The notes below the pieces were generated by a model. The model did not search any database and had not been told where the DNA came from. It worked only from the letters and a program-made list of their open reading frames with translations. 64,000 nucleotides of DNA, from positions 30,891 to 94,890 of the forward strand of contig JBCCHT010000047.1 in NCBI GenBank assembly GCA_039028615.1, given 5' to 3'. How positions within the stretch are numbered: position 1 is the first letter of the stretch; each line of letters starts with the position of its first letter. This document shows positions 54,184-64,000 of this stretch, piece by piece. The DNA is from Myxococcota bacterium. Its GTDB lineage: Bacteria > Myxococcota_A > Polyangia > Nannocystales > Nannocystaceae. The position numbers and the translations under genes are program-made.

Positions 54184-56954
54184 GACGGCGGACCCGGCTG
54201 GCGCTCGGCCTGGGCGCGCTGTCCCTGATGACCACGGCGTGCGCGGGAACGATCGTGCGCTTGACCGAGGCCGGGTCCTACGAGGAGGCGATCGCCAAGG
54301 CCGAGAGCCGACGCGTGCCGCCGAAGGGCCGCGCCGCGAGGGCCTACGCCGAGGCGCTGACGAAGACCGAGCAGCACGACCAGGCGCGAGCGGTGCTGCT
54401 GTCCGACTATCGCCACGGCGGTGACCTGCGCTCGCTGGTGGCCTTGGCGGATCTCGAGCACGAGCTGGGGCTCGATGGCATCGCAGCGTCGCACTACGGT
54501 CGCATCGCCGATCTCTCCCACGGGGCCCTGGCCGGGCGGCAAGACGTGTGCGCGCTGCTGGTTCGTCGCGCGACGCGGTGGGCCAACGAAGGCGCTGGCC
54601 TGGCTGCAGAGCGGGACCTCGAGCGACGAACCGCCGTGTGTGGCGAGCCGGCGGGGGTGGCCGAGGCGGCCGAGCTGAGCGCGCTCGAGACCAAGGTGCA
54701 CGCCGCCGCGCAGGCCCGCATCGACGCTCGGATCGAGGCGGGGCAGTGCGGCGACGAGTGCGATGAAGCGCAGCTCGAGCAGGCCCGGGAGCACCGCGCC
54801 GCCGCCTTGGCCGACGCTCGCGAGGCCGGGCCCGCGGCGCTCCGTCGCGCGGCCACGCGGCAACGAGTCCAGCTCGCCCCCGAGGAAATCGTGGCCATCG
54901 TGCTGGCCGACCTGTCGGGCAAGGCCGGCGACACGCTGGTCACCGACGACGAGGTCCGGGCGTGGGTCGGAGAGCAGAGCTGGGCCATGCTCGCCCCCGC
55001 CGTCATGACGCAGGCGCCCGAGGTCGCGGCGTACCTGCAGCTACGGCTGGCCGCGGTGGTCGACGACGTGCCCGTCACGCTGCGCTCGCGGACGGGCCCG
55101 GGCGAGCTCGACGTGTGGTTGGCGCAATCGATGGAGATGAACGGCGACGATGCCTGGCGGATCCTGGCGTGGGCCGGAGACCTGACCGGGGTCGAGCTGG
55201 CGCTCGGCAGCGTGTGGCGGCCGAAGACGCGGCGGCCGAAGCCCGAGGCGGCCGAAGCCGAGCCGGCCGCGGGCGAAGACCCGCCCGCGGTCGAGCAACC
55301 CGAGCCCGTGGTGCCCGAGGCGGTCGACGGCGTCGAGCCTCCGCGTCACTGGACCTCTCGGGTGGAAATCACCGACGTCAGCGTGCCCGTGCTCTTCGTC
55401 GAGGCGCGGCTGCGTTACCTGGCGCGGCACGAGGCGCGGAGTCTCGAGATCCAGCGCTACACCGCCGCTCGCGGGGTCGCGGCCGGGCTCGAGGGCATCG
55501 ATGGACACGTAGCCCGCGAGGCGGCGTGGCACCTCGCCCACGGCCGGCCCTGGCACGCGCTGGCCCTGGCCGAGTCGGTCGAGCGACCGCAATCGCAGCG
55601 GGTCGCCAACGCAGCTGCCACTGCCCTGCGCCTGACCGAGGCGTTTTGCGGCGGCCCCTGCAACGAGGATCGCGATCTCGATCGAGTCGAGCTCGCCCTC
55701 GGTGAAGAGTGGGTACAAGCCCAGCGCACGCAGCTGGTGGCACGGTCTCGGATGCGGACCGAAGCGGCCACCTCCGTCGATGCGTGTCCGACCCTGGGCG
55801 AGCTGTTGGCGTCCGATGCCACGGGGCGACTCTCCGAGGCATTGGTCGGGGCCCGCGAGGCTCCGCGTGCACCCGGGCAGGCCCGTCGGTTGCGGGAGGC
55901 GATCGAAGCCGACCTGAGCTTGGGGTGTGCCGGGCGCTACGTCGTGCCGCTGTTGCGCGAGGCGGGCTTCGTGGCCACCGCGGACGCGATGGCCGAGTCG
56001 CTCGCTCACGATGCGAACCTCGAGGCGCCCCGGGCCTTGGCCATGCACTCGGCGCTGGCGATGGTGGGCGACCGGCGGGACATGGCGGACTTGCTGGCCA
56101 CCGCGGCGGGAGCCGTCTCGGACGAACCAGCCGAGATCTGGCGCTCCCTGGCCCGCGACGCCCATGCGACGGGGCACCGCGAGCTGACGCTGCGAGCGCT
56201 TCGCGAGGCACTGCTGCACACGCCGGGTTTCGACGACCCGGCGATCCAGCGCGCGCTGGTGGTGGCCGTACTGGCGGGCATCGACGACGGCTGGAATCTA
56301 CGCGAGGCGCCCGCGGGCGCGATGGAGCCGGCGAGCCACGTGCGGGATTTCGTCGATCGGGCGCCGGAGCAGACGCGCTGGGCTCGTCGCGAGGAGCTCG
56401 CCCGGGCCTTGGCTCGCCAGTCCTGGTTCGACGCCGACGCCCGCGTGCGGCTCGAGCCCGCGCTGTGGCCCGACCCGACGATGGCCAGGAGCCACCGCAT
56501 CGCACGCGCGTGGCTGGGGCTGGCCAGCGGCACTGCGCCGGATCTCGAGCCGGCCGACGTCGGTCCCTTCGATCTCGCGGCGCAAGAGCTGCTCCTGACG
56601 CTGCGCAAGCAAGACGCGCTGCCCGCCGCGACGGTCGCGTTCGTCGAGCCGCCGCAGATGGAGGCCGCTCGCTTGGCGCTGGCGGAGCACAGTCGCACCT
56701 GGGTCCTGCGCTGGCGCACGGCGATCGGGTTGGCCGTCTACGGCAGCCGTCAGGGCCGAACCCGGGCGCTCGGACAGCTGTTGTCGATGGCCGAGCCGGC
56801 GGCTCGCGACGCTCTGGTCGCGGTCCTGCTCGAAGACCCCGCGGTCGTGCAGCCCGGCGCCGACGGGGGCCTCGACGAGTCCGCGATCTTGATCACCCCC
56901 GAGGATCAGCTGTCGGTCGTGCTCGACCTCCCCGCCGATCCGCTCGGCCTATGA
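54180..56954 (+). CDS. Large alpha-helical hypothetical lipoprotein
   Basis: GTG start overlapping previous stop; LMTTAC lipobox; ~920 aa Ala-rich helical sequence. Confidence 0.7.
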   Translation: MRRRTRLALGLGALSLMTTACAGTIVRLTEAGSYEEAIAKAESRRVPPKGRAARAYAEALTKTEQHDQARAVLLSDYRHGGDLRSLVALADLEHELGLDGIAASHYGRIADLSHGALAGRQDVCALLVRRATRWANEGAGLAAERDLERRTAVCGEPAGVAEAAELSALETKVHAAAQARIDARIEAGQCGDECDEAQLEQAREHRAAALADAREAGPAALRRAATRQRVQLAPEEIVAIVLADLSGKAGDTLVTDDEVRAWVGEQSWAMLAPAVMTQAPEVAAYLQLRLAAVVDDVPVTLRSRTGPGELDVWLAQSMEMNGDDAWRILAWAGDLTGVELALGSVWRPKTRRPKPEAAEAEPAAGEDPPAVEQPEPVVPEAVDGVEPPRHWTSRVEITDVSVPVLFVEARLRYLARHEARSLEIQRYTAARGVAAGLEGIDGHVAREAAWHLAHGRPWHALALAESVERPQSQRVANAAATALRLTEAFCGGPCNEDRDLDRVELALGEEWVQAQRTQLVARSRMRTEAATSVDACPTLGELLASDATGRLSEALVGAREAPRAPGQARRLREAIEADLSLGCAGRYVVPLLREAGFVATADAMAESLAHDANLEAPRALAMHSALAMVGDRRDMADLLATAAGAVSDEPAEIWRSLARDAHATGHRELTLRALREALLHTPGFDDPAIQRALVVAVLAGIDDGWNLREAPAGAMEPASHVRDFVDRAPEQTRWARREELARALARQSWFDADARVRLEPALWPDPTMARSHRIARAWLGLASGTAPDLEPADVGPFDLAAQELLLTLRKQDALPAATVAFVEPPQMEAARLALAEHSRTWVLRWRTAIGLAVYGSRQGRTRALGQLLSMAEPAARDALVAVLLEDPAVVQPGADGGLDESAILITPEDQLSVVLDLPADPLGL

Positions 56955-57761
56955 CAGCCCGTAGACCCGCGCCGCGTTCTGCCCCAGGAACGCGCGCCGG
57001 GCCTCGTCGTCGAGCTTCAGCGCGTCGAGGTCGGCGAGGCAGGCCTGCGGCGTGATCATGGGGAAGTTGGAGCCGAACAGCACCTTGGTCCGCCCGCGAC
57101 CGCGCATGTACTCGACCAGGTTTGGGGGGTAGCGAGAGGCCTTGTAGGCCGAGGTGTCGATGTAGACGTTCTCGTACTTACGGGCGAGGGCGATCATCTC
57201 CTCGGTCCACGGGTAGCCGATGTGGCCGCCCACGATCACCAGCTCGGGAAACTCGCAGGCGACGTTGTCGAGGTAGGGGATGGGTCGTCCGGGCTCCGAG
57301 GGGCGCAGCGGTCCGGCGTGGCCGACCTGCGTGCAGAAGGGGACCGAAAGCTCGATGCACTCGGCGTAGATCGGGTAGTAGCGGCGGTCGTCGGGAGGCA
57401 GGTTCCACAGCCAGGGCAGCACCCGAACGCCGCGGAAGCCGAGCTCGCGAACGCAGCGTCGCAGCTCGCGGACCGCATCCATCGGGCGGTGCAGGTTCAC
57501 CGAGGCGATGCCGGTCAGCCGATCGGGGGCGGCTGCCACGGTGGCCGCGACCTGGTCGTTGGAGATGAGCTCCCCTTGGGGGCCCCACCAGGCGCTGACG
57601 AGTGCGCGGTCGACCCCGCCGGCCTTCATCGCCCCCAGGGTCATCTCCACGGGGATCTCGGGGGGAATGGTCTCGATGCCCATCCATCGGCGCAGGCTGG
57701 CGAACATTTCGTCGCCGATGAAGGCAGGCGTGGGGTGTTGGAGCCAGGCGTCGATGATCAT
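56949..57761 (-). CDS. Amidohydrolase_2 family protein
   Basis: IIDAW, ISNDQVA, AVRELRRCV, FPELVIVGGHIGYPW, NVYIDTSA, VLFGSNFP, GQNAARV. Confidence 0.9.
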   Translation of the reverse strand: MIIDAWLQHPTPAFIGDEMFASLRRWMGIETIPPEIPVEMTLGAMKAGGVDRALVSAWWGPQGELISNDQVAATVAAAPDRLTGIASVNLHRPMDAVRELRRCVRELGFRGVRVLPWLWNLPPDDRRYYPIYAECIELSVPFCTQVGHAGPLRPSEPGRPIPYLDNVACEFPELVIVGGHIGYPWTEEMIALARKYENVYIDTSAYKASRYPPNLVEYMRGRGRTKVLFGSNFPMITPQACLADLDALKLDDEARRAFLGQNAARVYGLS

Positions 57762-57817
57762 CGCGGCGCTCAGGCTACCGGGAACCGGGGGATCCGCGAT
57801 ACAACCGGCCGGTGGCG

Positions 57818-58708
57818 ATGTCCGACGATCGGCATCCGAGCGGGGGCAGGTCCTCCGTCGTCGCGCTCTTGGCTGCGCTGCTGGCCCTGATGGGCTTGCT
57901 GACCACCAATTGGGGCGAGGTCGATCGCGGGACCTTCGGCTCGGCCATCGGGCGCGACCTCGTGCGCATCGCCGATCTCGCCTCGTTGCGGAGCGGCGCC
58001 GCCGACAGCCCGGCGGCGGGGATGCCGGTCGCGGTGATCCCAGAGGGCGGACCGGCGTGGGTGGGGCCCGAGGGCGAAGCCGCCGTGCAGGCCGATCCGA
58101 TCTTCACGCTGGGCGAGCCGCACCTTCTGCGCATCGATCAGGTCGAGCAGTCGCGAGTCTTTGGGGTGCGTACGCAGCTGTGGCGGCAGGGATGGAGCCT
58201 GCGCGCCCCCGAGCCGCTGTGGGTCACGCCCGCGCCGTGGATCGTGCTGCTGTCGATCGTGGCGGGGGCCGCCTGGGCGGGCCTGCGTCGCGGCCTGGCC
58301 GGGGGCGCGATGGTCAGCGGTGTGCTCGGCCAGCTCCTCATTCTCGCCTTGCCGTGGCCCGACGGCTTCGCCCGACCTTCGCTGCAACAGACCTGGCGCG
58401 ATGGACCCCTGGGACACCATGCCTACGAGACGGCCATGGCCTTGCCCGACTCCTCGGTCGCGGTGGGGGCGGGGGTGATCACGCTGTGCGCGGTGTTGAT
58501 GATCTTCGACCATCGACGATCCCCCGACCAAGGCGGAGGCCTGGTGTTGTTCGGGATCCTGGGCGTCATGGGCGGCCTGGCCTGGCTCGAGGCCGCGCTG
58601 CGGGCGGGCCTGTGGCCGTGGCTTCAGCAGCCGGCCGGGGTCGTGGCAATGCTCGGAGCCGCCGGTCTGTGGTGGTGGGCGTGGAGTCGACGTGAACGCA
58701 AGGCGTGA
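57818..58708 (+). CDS. Hypothetical multi-pass membrane protein
   Basis: About six hydrophobic helices; overlaps next gene. Confidence 0.7.
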   Translation: MSDDRHPSGGRSSVVALLAALLALMGLLTTNWGEVDRGTFGSAIGRDLVRIADLASLRSGAADSPAAGMPVAVIPEGGPAWVGPEGEAAVQADPIFTLGEPHLLRIDQVEQSRVFGVRTQLWRQGWSLRAPEPLWVTPAPWIVLLSIVAGAAWAGLRRGLAGGAMVSGVLGQLLILALPWPDGFARPSLQQTWRDGPLGHHAYETAMALPDSSVAVGAGVITLCAVLMIFDHRRSPDQGGGLVLFGILGVMGGLAWLEAALRAGLWPWLQQPAGVVAMLGAAGLWWWAWSRRERKA

Positions 58709-61037
58709 GCGACTGGCCCGTCGTTGGCCCGTGCTGTCGAGCTGGCTGCGAACGAGCGTGGTCGGCCTGTGGGCGGTCCTGCTGCTCGGGCTCGGCTCTG
58801 GGTGTCGCGACGATGAGGTCGAGGCCGTCGTGGGGATGGAGGTGCCGGAGCAGCCGGTCGCGCCCACGCTGATGGCCCCGGTCTCCAGCGTGGAGACCAC
58901 CGATCGCTGGCTCGACCTCATCGCTCAGCGCCCCAGCGCGGTCGTGATGCGCGAGGGTTCGGTCTACGTCGATCTGGCGCGTCGCAGCAGCGCCAAGCAC
59001 CTCGCGCTCGGGCAGCACGACCAGTGGAAGCTGGGCGTCGAGCTCGACGGTCGCGTCGCCGGAATCGTGCGGGGGCGGACGGTCTCGTTCGATCTGCCGC
59101 TCGACGGTGATCTCGCCCCGTCGCTCAATCCCGACGACGAGGAGGCGGAGACGGCCGGCCTGGCGATGGCGCTGACGCTCAAGCCGCTGGCCGACAAGCA
59201 GTCGGTGACCGTGCTGTGGGAGGAAAAGCCGCTCGCGCACCTGCGGCTTTCGGAGGGCTGGCAGCGCCGCACGCTGTCGCTGCCCGCCGACAAGATTCAC
59301 CCGGGCGACAATCGCCTGCGGCTGCACTTCCGGCACATCGGTGAGCACGCGGGCGAGCCCGCTTCAGGGGCGGTGGCACTCATCGAGGTGGGGCGTCGCG
59401 AGTCAATCGTGGCGCTGCCCCCCGAGGGCGAACACGTGGCGCCGTTCCGCGTCGAGCCGGAGCCCAACGGCGGCGCGACGCTCGAGCTCGCGGCGGGCAC
59501 CGGGTTGGTCTACTACCTCGTGCCGCCGCGACGGGGCCGGCTGCGGCTCGACGTGCGAGGGCAGGGGGCCCTGGAGGTGGTGGCGAGTTCCGACGCGGAT
59601 CATCGCGAGGGACGACGACCCACCGTGCTCTTCGAGGAGCCCCTGCGGCCCGCGGGCGACCGACGCGAGCTCGACCTGACCGCGTGGGGAGGCGTGCCGA
59701 CCCGGCTGGAGATTCGCGCACGCGGGTCCAAGGGCGACAGCGGGGCGGTGGTGCGGACGGCCGAGATCGCCGCTCGGCGCAGCCAACCGCTGGACCGACG
59801 GCCCCGCGCGCCGCGGGACATCCTCATCGTGACCGTCGAGGGCGCCCGCGCCGATGCGATCTTCGACCCGGGTCGACGGCCCTCGCTCGAGGCCATCGAT
59901 CGTATGCGTCGGGAGTCGATGGTGTTCGAGCGCGCCTACGCGATGGGTTCCGCCGCCGTGCCCAGCCACGCGGGGTGGCTGTCGTCGGTGGTGCCCCCTG
60001 TGCACCTGACCGTACGCGGGACCTTCGTCGCCGATGGCCAGGAGCTGTTGCCCGAGCGACTGTCGCGAGCCGGCTACATGCGCGCGATGGTCAGCGCCAA
60101 CTCGTATCTCAACGAGGAGCGCGGGCTGGTGCAGGGCTTCGACCTCGACCACGCGATGCGCCGCGACTCCGACGAGGACGACGCGGTCGCCGTGATTCGA
60201 CGCGGGCTGCAGATGCTCGAGCCGCACTCGGAGCGCTGGTTTCTGTACGCGAACGTCAACGACCCGCAGGCGCCCTACGAGCCGCCGCGCGAGCTTCTGG
60301 GCGAGATGCGAACGCCCGAGGGGGCCCCGCTCCCGCACCTGACCCACATCTGGGTGGGCCGCGTCTACACGGGCAAGCACGAGCCGAGCAAGAACGAGCT
60401 TCGCTACGTACGGCGGCTGTACCGTGGCGAGCTCCAGGTGGTGGACCGGGCCCTCGGTGACCTGATGGAAGCGCTGGAGGACGCCGGGCGCCTCGATGAA
60501 GCGATCGTCGTGTTGGTGGGCGTGCACGGGGAGGAGTTCTTCGAGCACGCCAGCGCGGGCCATGGCCGCGACCTGCACGAGGAGAGCATCCGCGTGCCGC
60601 TGATGATCCGCGCGCCGACCCTGCTCGCGCCGGGCAAGGTCACGGTGCCGGTCGACCTCCTCGACCTGGCGCCCACGCTCGCCGACCTCGTCGGCGCCAC
60701 GCCGCCCGATCGCTGGCAGGGCGAGAGCCTCGTGCCCGTGATCGACGACCCTCAACCGCCGCCGCGCCTGGTCATGGCGTATCTGGGCGACGGCAGCCGA
60801 GCCGCGATCGTGGGGCAGCACAAGCTGATCTTGGGCCCCGGGCTGCGTCAGCGGTACTTCGACCTGCGCTCGGATCCCGGCGAACTCACGGATCTACATG
60901 CGGAGGGAGGCGTGGCGCTGCGGATGGTGCGAACCGCGCTCGGCTGGCAGATTCAGCATGAGGAGCGGTGGAAGCGAGCGCGCTGGGGAACCGGCGCCAA
61001 CCTCCGGCCGACGTTTGCGATGGATCAAGGGATGTAG
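58692..61037 (+). CDS. Sulfatase/alkaline-phosphatase superfamily lipoprotein with degenerate active site
   Basis: LGSGC lipobox; DILIVTVEGARAD, FERAYA...PSH, WFLYANVNDPQAPY, YRGEL, HGEEFFEH, VPLMIRAP, DLAPTL, FDLRSDPGE. Confidence 0.82.
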   Translation: MNARRERLARRWPVLSSWLRTSVVGLWAVLLLGLGSGCRDDEVEAVVGMEVPEQPVAPTLMAPVSSVETTDRWLDLIAQRPSAVVMREGSVYVDLARRSSAKHLALGQHDQWKLGVELDGRVAGIVRGRTVSFDLPLDGDLAPSLNPDDEEAETAGLAMALTLKPLADKQSVTVLWEEKPLAHLRLSEGWQRRTLSLPADKIHPGDNRLRLHFRHIGEHAGEPASGAVALIEVGRRESIVALPPEGEHVAPFRVEPEPNGGATLELAAGTGLVYYLVPPRRGRLRLDVRGQGALEVVASSDADHREGRRPTVLFEEPLRPAGDRRELDLTAWGGVPTRLEIRARGSKGDSGAVVRTAEIAARRSQPLDRRPRAPRDILIVTVEGARADAIFDPGRRPSLEAIDRMRRESMVFERAYAMGSAAVPSHAGWLSSVVPPVHLTVRGTFVADGQELLPERLSRAGYMRAMVSANSYLNEERGLVQGFDLDHAMRRDSDEDDAVAVIRRGLQMLEPHSERWFLYANVNDPQAPYEPPRELLGEMRTPEGAPLPHLTHIWVGRVYTGKHEPSKNELRYVRRLYRGELQVVDRALGDLMEALEDAGRLDEAIVVLVGVHGEEFFEHASAGHGRDLHEESIRVPLMIRAPTLLAPGKVTVPVDLLDLAPTLADLVGATPPDRWQGESLVPVIDDPQPPPRLVMAYLGDGSRAAIVGQHKLILGPGLRQRYFDLRSDPGELTDLHAEGGVALRMVRTALGWQIQHEERWKRARWGTGANLRPTFAMDQGM

Positions 61038-61073
61038 TAATCCCGCGCAGCTTTTCGGCAAAGGCAAACGGCG

Positions 61074-62099
61074 ATGGCTTCCGATCTTCAGCAGGTGCTC
61101 GACTCGATCCCTACCCTCCAAAAGAACGGGGACGCCCAGGCGCTCGTCGCCCTGCGTGACCACGCCGAGAAGAAGGTGCGCAAGGCCGCGGGCAAGGCCA
61201 TTCACGCGCTCAAGAGCCGCGGCGTGGAGATCCCCGACGGTCCGGCGCAGAGCTGGAGCGCGGGCAACGTGGCCCAGGAGCTGCGCGGCGACATGGAGCC
61301 CCTGGCTACCGTCGACGCCCAGGGCATGCCGGGCGCGCTGCGCTTCATGCTGAGCCTGCCGCAGGAGAACTCCGGCGCGCGGCTGTACGTCGGCACCCTG
61401 AGCCCCGAGGATCGCGTGCTCGAGTTCGGCGCGTACCAGCAGACCGACGGCCAGCGCGGCCGCCTGGAGCGTGACTGGGTGCGTCAGACCGACGGCCGCA
61501 CCGTGCCCGCCGACTGGATGAAGTCTCGCCTCGTGTGGGCCCGGGGCAAGACCATCGCCTCCGGGTTCTCCGTGCCGCGTGCCCTCGATGAGGCGCTGCC
61601 CCGCTTGGGCGACCTGCCCAGCGAGCGCCCCGCCTGCTTCCTCGAGGGCCAGCTCGACGACCAGCCCGCGTTCACCGACGACGACATCGACGCGCTGCTG
61701 CTCGGTGCCTCGGTCAACCAGTGGCCCCCGCTGCTCGACCTCGACCCCGTGCTCCAGCGCGCGGCCGAGATCCACGGCGACTCGCCGCAGCCCACCGACG
61801 ACGACGCCCGCACCGAGCTGATGCGCAAGGCCCTCGAAGGCCAAGAGGACATCCGCGAGGGTCTGCAGACCACGGTGGCCAATGCGTTCGAGGACGCGGC
61901 CCTGAGCCTGTGGGTGGCGGGCAACGACGCCATGGCGCGTCATGCCCTCGACGCCGGGACCCAGCTTCGCAAGTCCGATGCGGCCGAGGCCATCGCGTGG
62001 GTGCCCCGTCTGCTCGGCTTCCAGGTCGCCAGCCTGCTTCGCGTCGTGCAGCAGCAGGGCGGCATCCCGGGCATGCCGGGCGCCACGCAGCAGGCCTGA
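61074..62099 (+). CDS. Hypothetical protein with N-terminal HEAT-like helix pair
   Basis: KKVRKAAGKAIHALKSRGV; strong GC3 bias throughout. Confidence 0.75.
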   Translation: MASDLQQVLDSIPTLQKNGDAQALVALRDHAEKKVRKAAGKAIHALKSRGVEIPDGPAQSWSAGNVAQELRGDMEPLATVDAQGMPGALRFMLSLPQENSGARLYVGTLSPEDRVLEFGAYQQTDGQRGRLERDWVRQTDGRTVPADWMKSRLVWARGKTIASGFSVPRALDEALPRLGDLPSERPACFLEGQLDDQPAFTDDDIDALLLGASVNQWPPLLDLDPVLQRAAEIHGDSPQPTDDDARTELMRKALEGQEDIREGLQTTVANAFEDAALSLWVAGNDAMARHALDAGTQLRKSDAAEAIAWVPRLLGFQVASLLRVVQQQGGIPGMPGATQQA

Positions 62100-62362
62100 T
62101 CCAAGGCGCGGTGTCGGCTCGAGCTCGGGTCGGCGCCACCCTCAGGACGAAGTTAGGGGGCCGCTCTGCGAGCGCGCCTGCGGCATCTCGATCCTTCGTC
62201 GATGGGTCCAGCGCCGTGGCGAGCCGCAGGGAGACGACGAGGCGTAGCGTGGTGCGAAGACGGTCTTCACCGTGAGCGCGGTGCTGTTGCTGCGGAGGGC
62301 CCGAGCATCTTTGTGATCGCGAACAGCTGCGATGGAGGTGCTGAGCGCGGGCTGGTGGGGCC

Positions 62363-62899
62363 GGGAACTGCTCGTTCACGGTTAGGCTTGCTTGGAGGTG
62401 CGCCTGTGGAGCGTTCGAACGAAGGGCTCGCCTGTTGACGGATGGAACCCTCCCCGGACGTGCTCGGCGGCCGTTGCAGCGGAGTGTTTCGCGGCGGTAG
62501 TCGGGGGCCGCCTCCGCGCGACCGGGCCCCCTCCATCCTACGCGGCTTCGCTTCAGCCCTCCCCGGGGCGGTGTCTCTCGTTCGAGAATCGGCCTGGCGT
62601 TGCTCGTGCGTTGGGAGGCTTGCTTGGAGGTGCGTCTGTGGAGGGGTCGAACGAAGGGCTCGCCTGTTGACGGATGGAACCCTCCCCGGACGTGCTCGGC
62701 GGCCGTTGCAGCCGAGTGTTTCGCGGCGGTAGTCGGGGGCCGCCTCCGCGCGACCGGGCCCCCTCCATCCTACGCGGCTTCGCTTCAGCCCTCCCCGGGG
62801 CGGTGTCTCTCGTTCGGGAATCGGCCTGGCGCTGCTCGTGCGTTGGGAGGCTTGCTTCGAGATACGTCTGCGGAGCGTTCGAACGAAGGGCTCGCCTGT
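62363..62899 (+). repeat. Same repeat family as locus 1: two tandem 232-bp units plus a partial third
   Basis: atggaaccctcccc at 62442 and 62674; third unit truncated after gggctcgcctgt. Confidence 0.95.
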
Positions 62900-63072
62900 G
62901 ATTTGGTTATGCCCTGCAATCTAGGCGGGGGAACGAAGCAGACCATGGGGGACTGAGACATGGCGGGCCTCACTATTCGATTTTGAGCGGGTTTCGCGGA
63001 ATGATGCAGGAAGGCGCCGACTCGTGGACCGGCGTGTCGACGAACTCGCCTCGGAGCGTTCCATCCGTACTT

Positions 63073-63612
63073 GGGGTTGCTCAGTTTCGAGGCTATGGGC
63101 TCTTCCTATGGAGCCGAGTGAGTCGATCCTCTGCCTGCACGTCAGGTATCAATGGCGGCCGAAATCATCGTTGATCGCAAACACAGCGACCGTGGCAGAA
63201 CCCAACTTTGGTCCGTAGTGTCGCCGGCCACCTCCACGGCTCGGGCATCCTCGATCGCCTTGCTTTGAAGCAAGCTTCCCAAAGAAGGAGCAATGTGCAG
63301 CCGATGCACGCACAGAGACGCCGTCCCGGGACGGCTGAAGCGGGGGTTGCTCAGTTTCGAGGCTAAGGGCCCTTCCTATGGAGTCGAGTGAGTCGGTTTT
63401 TTGCCTGCCCGGTAGGTAGCAATGGCGGCCGAAATCATCGTTGATCGTAAACACAGCGACCGTGGCAGAACGCAACTTGGGTGCGTAGTGCCGCCGGCCA
63501 CCTCCACGGCTCGGGCATCCTCGATCGCCTTGCTTTGAAGCAAGCTTCCCAAAGAAGGAGCAATGCGCAACCGATGCACGCACGGAGACGCCGTCCCGGG
63601 ACGGCTGAAGCG
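63073..63612. repeat. 270-bp tandem duplication (two units)
   Basis: ggggttgctcagtttcgaggct at 63073 and 63343, similarity maintained to ggctgaagcg. Confidence 0.95.
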
Positions 63613-63672
63613 AAGGCGGGTCCAGCGGTCAAACAGCCGGGGCCTGTTCAAGCACCACGGGGATGAATCTCA

Positions 63673-64000
63673 AAGCAAGCCGGCCCACAAACGAGCAGTG
63701 CGCTGCCGATGCACGCACGGGAGACGCGGCTGCGGGGAGGGCTGAAGCGAAGCCGCGTAGGATGGAGGGGGCCCGGTCGCGCGGAGGCGGCCGCCGACTA
63801 GCATCGCGAAACACTCGGCTGCAACGGCCGCCGAGCACGTCCGGGGAGGGTTCCATCCGTCAACAGGCGAGCCCTCCGTTCGAGGGTTCCGCAGGCGCAC
63901 CTCCAAGCAAGCTTTCCACCGAACGAGCAGTGCGCCGCCGATGCACGCACGGGAGACGCGGCTGCGGGGAGGGCTGAAGCGAAGCCGCGTAGGATGGAGG
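63673..64000 (-). repeat. Inverted copies of the 232-bp unit (run off window edge)
   Basis: ggggagggctgaagcgaagccgcgtaggatggagg at 63734 and 63966 (period 232). Confidence 0.95.

Noticed and set aside
62267..63977. Short ORFs such as MEPSPDVLGGRC... and MEGARSRGGG... as repeated peptides
   Set aside because: They come from the repeat; the MEPS start is absent in locus 1 (ctggaa), stops differ between copies and there is no codon bias.

Overview
High-GC bacterial chromosome segment whose gene content points to a myxobacterium, possibly Nannocystaceae-like (inference: four Hanks-type Ser/Thr kinases, RomR, an MglA/SofG-type GTPase, type IV pilins, Cys-rich lipoproteins). In order: end of gpsA; Ser/Thr kinase; degenerate Thg1-like gene; hemW-hrcA-grpE-dnaK-dnaJ with a CIRCE-like operator; orphan MglA-family GTPase plus histidine kinase; PEGA kinase; a partial type IV pilus locus (pilG-like, two pilins, sigma54 promoter, pilR) and romR; M13 peptidase, Ntn acylase, cdd, PP2C-cNMP phosphatase, PPi-type PFK, map with an HTH-only LysR; atypical S53 protease; RidA/WYL pair; M16 protease; ECF sigma trio; lipoproteins; sulfatase-like protein. 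No rRNA, tRNA, transposase or CRISPR array was recognised. The most unusual signals are (1) a non-coding ~210-232 bp repeat family forming the same architecture at two loci 20 kb apart (inverted arms enclosing tandem arrays of related sub-units) and (2) several intact genes whose catalytic residues appear replaced (Thg1-like, S53, sulfatase-like, DsbA-like). All family calls come from motif recognition by eye, not database searches, and many start codons are estimates.
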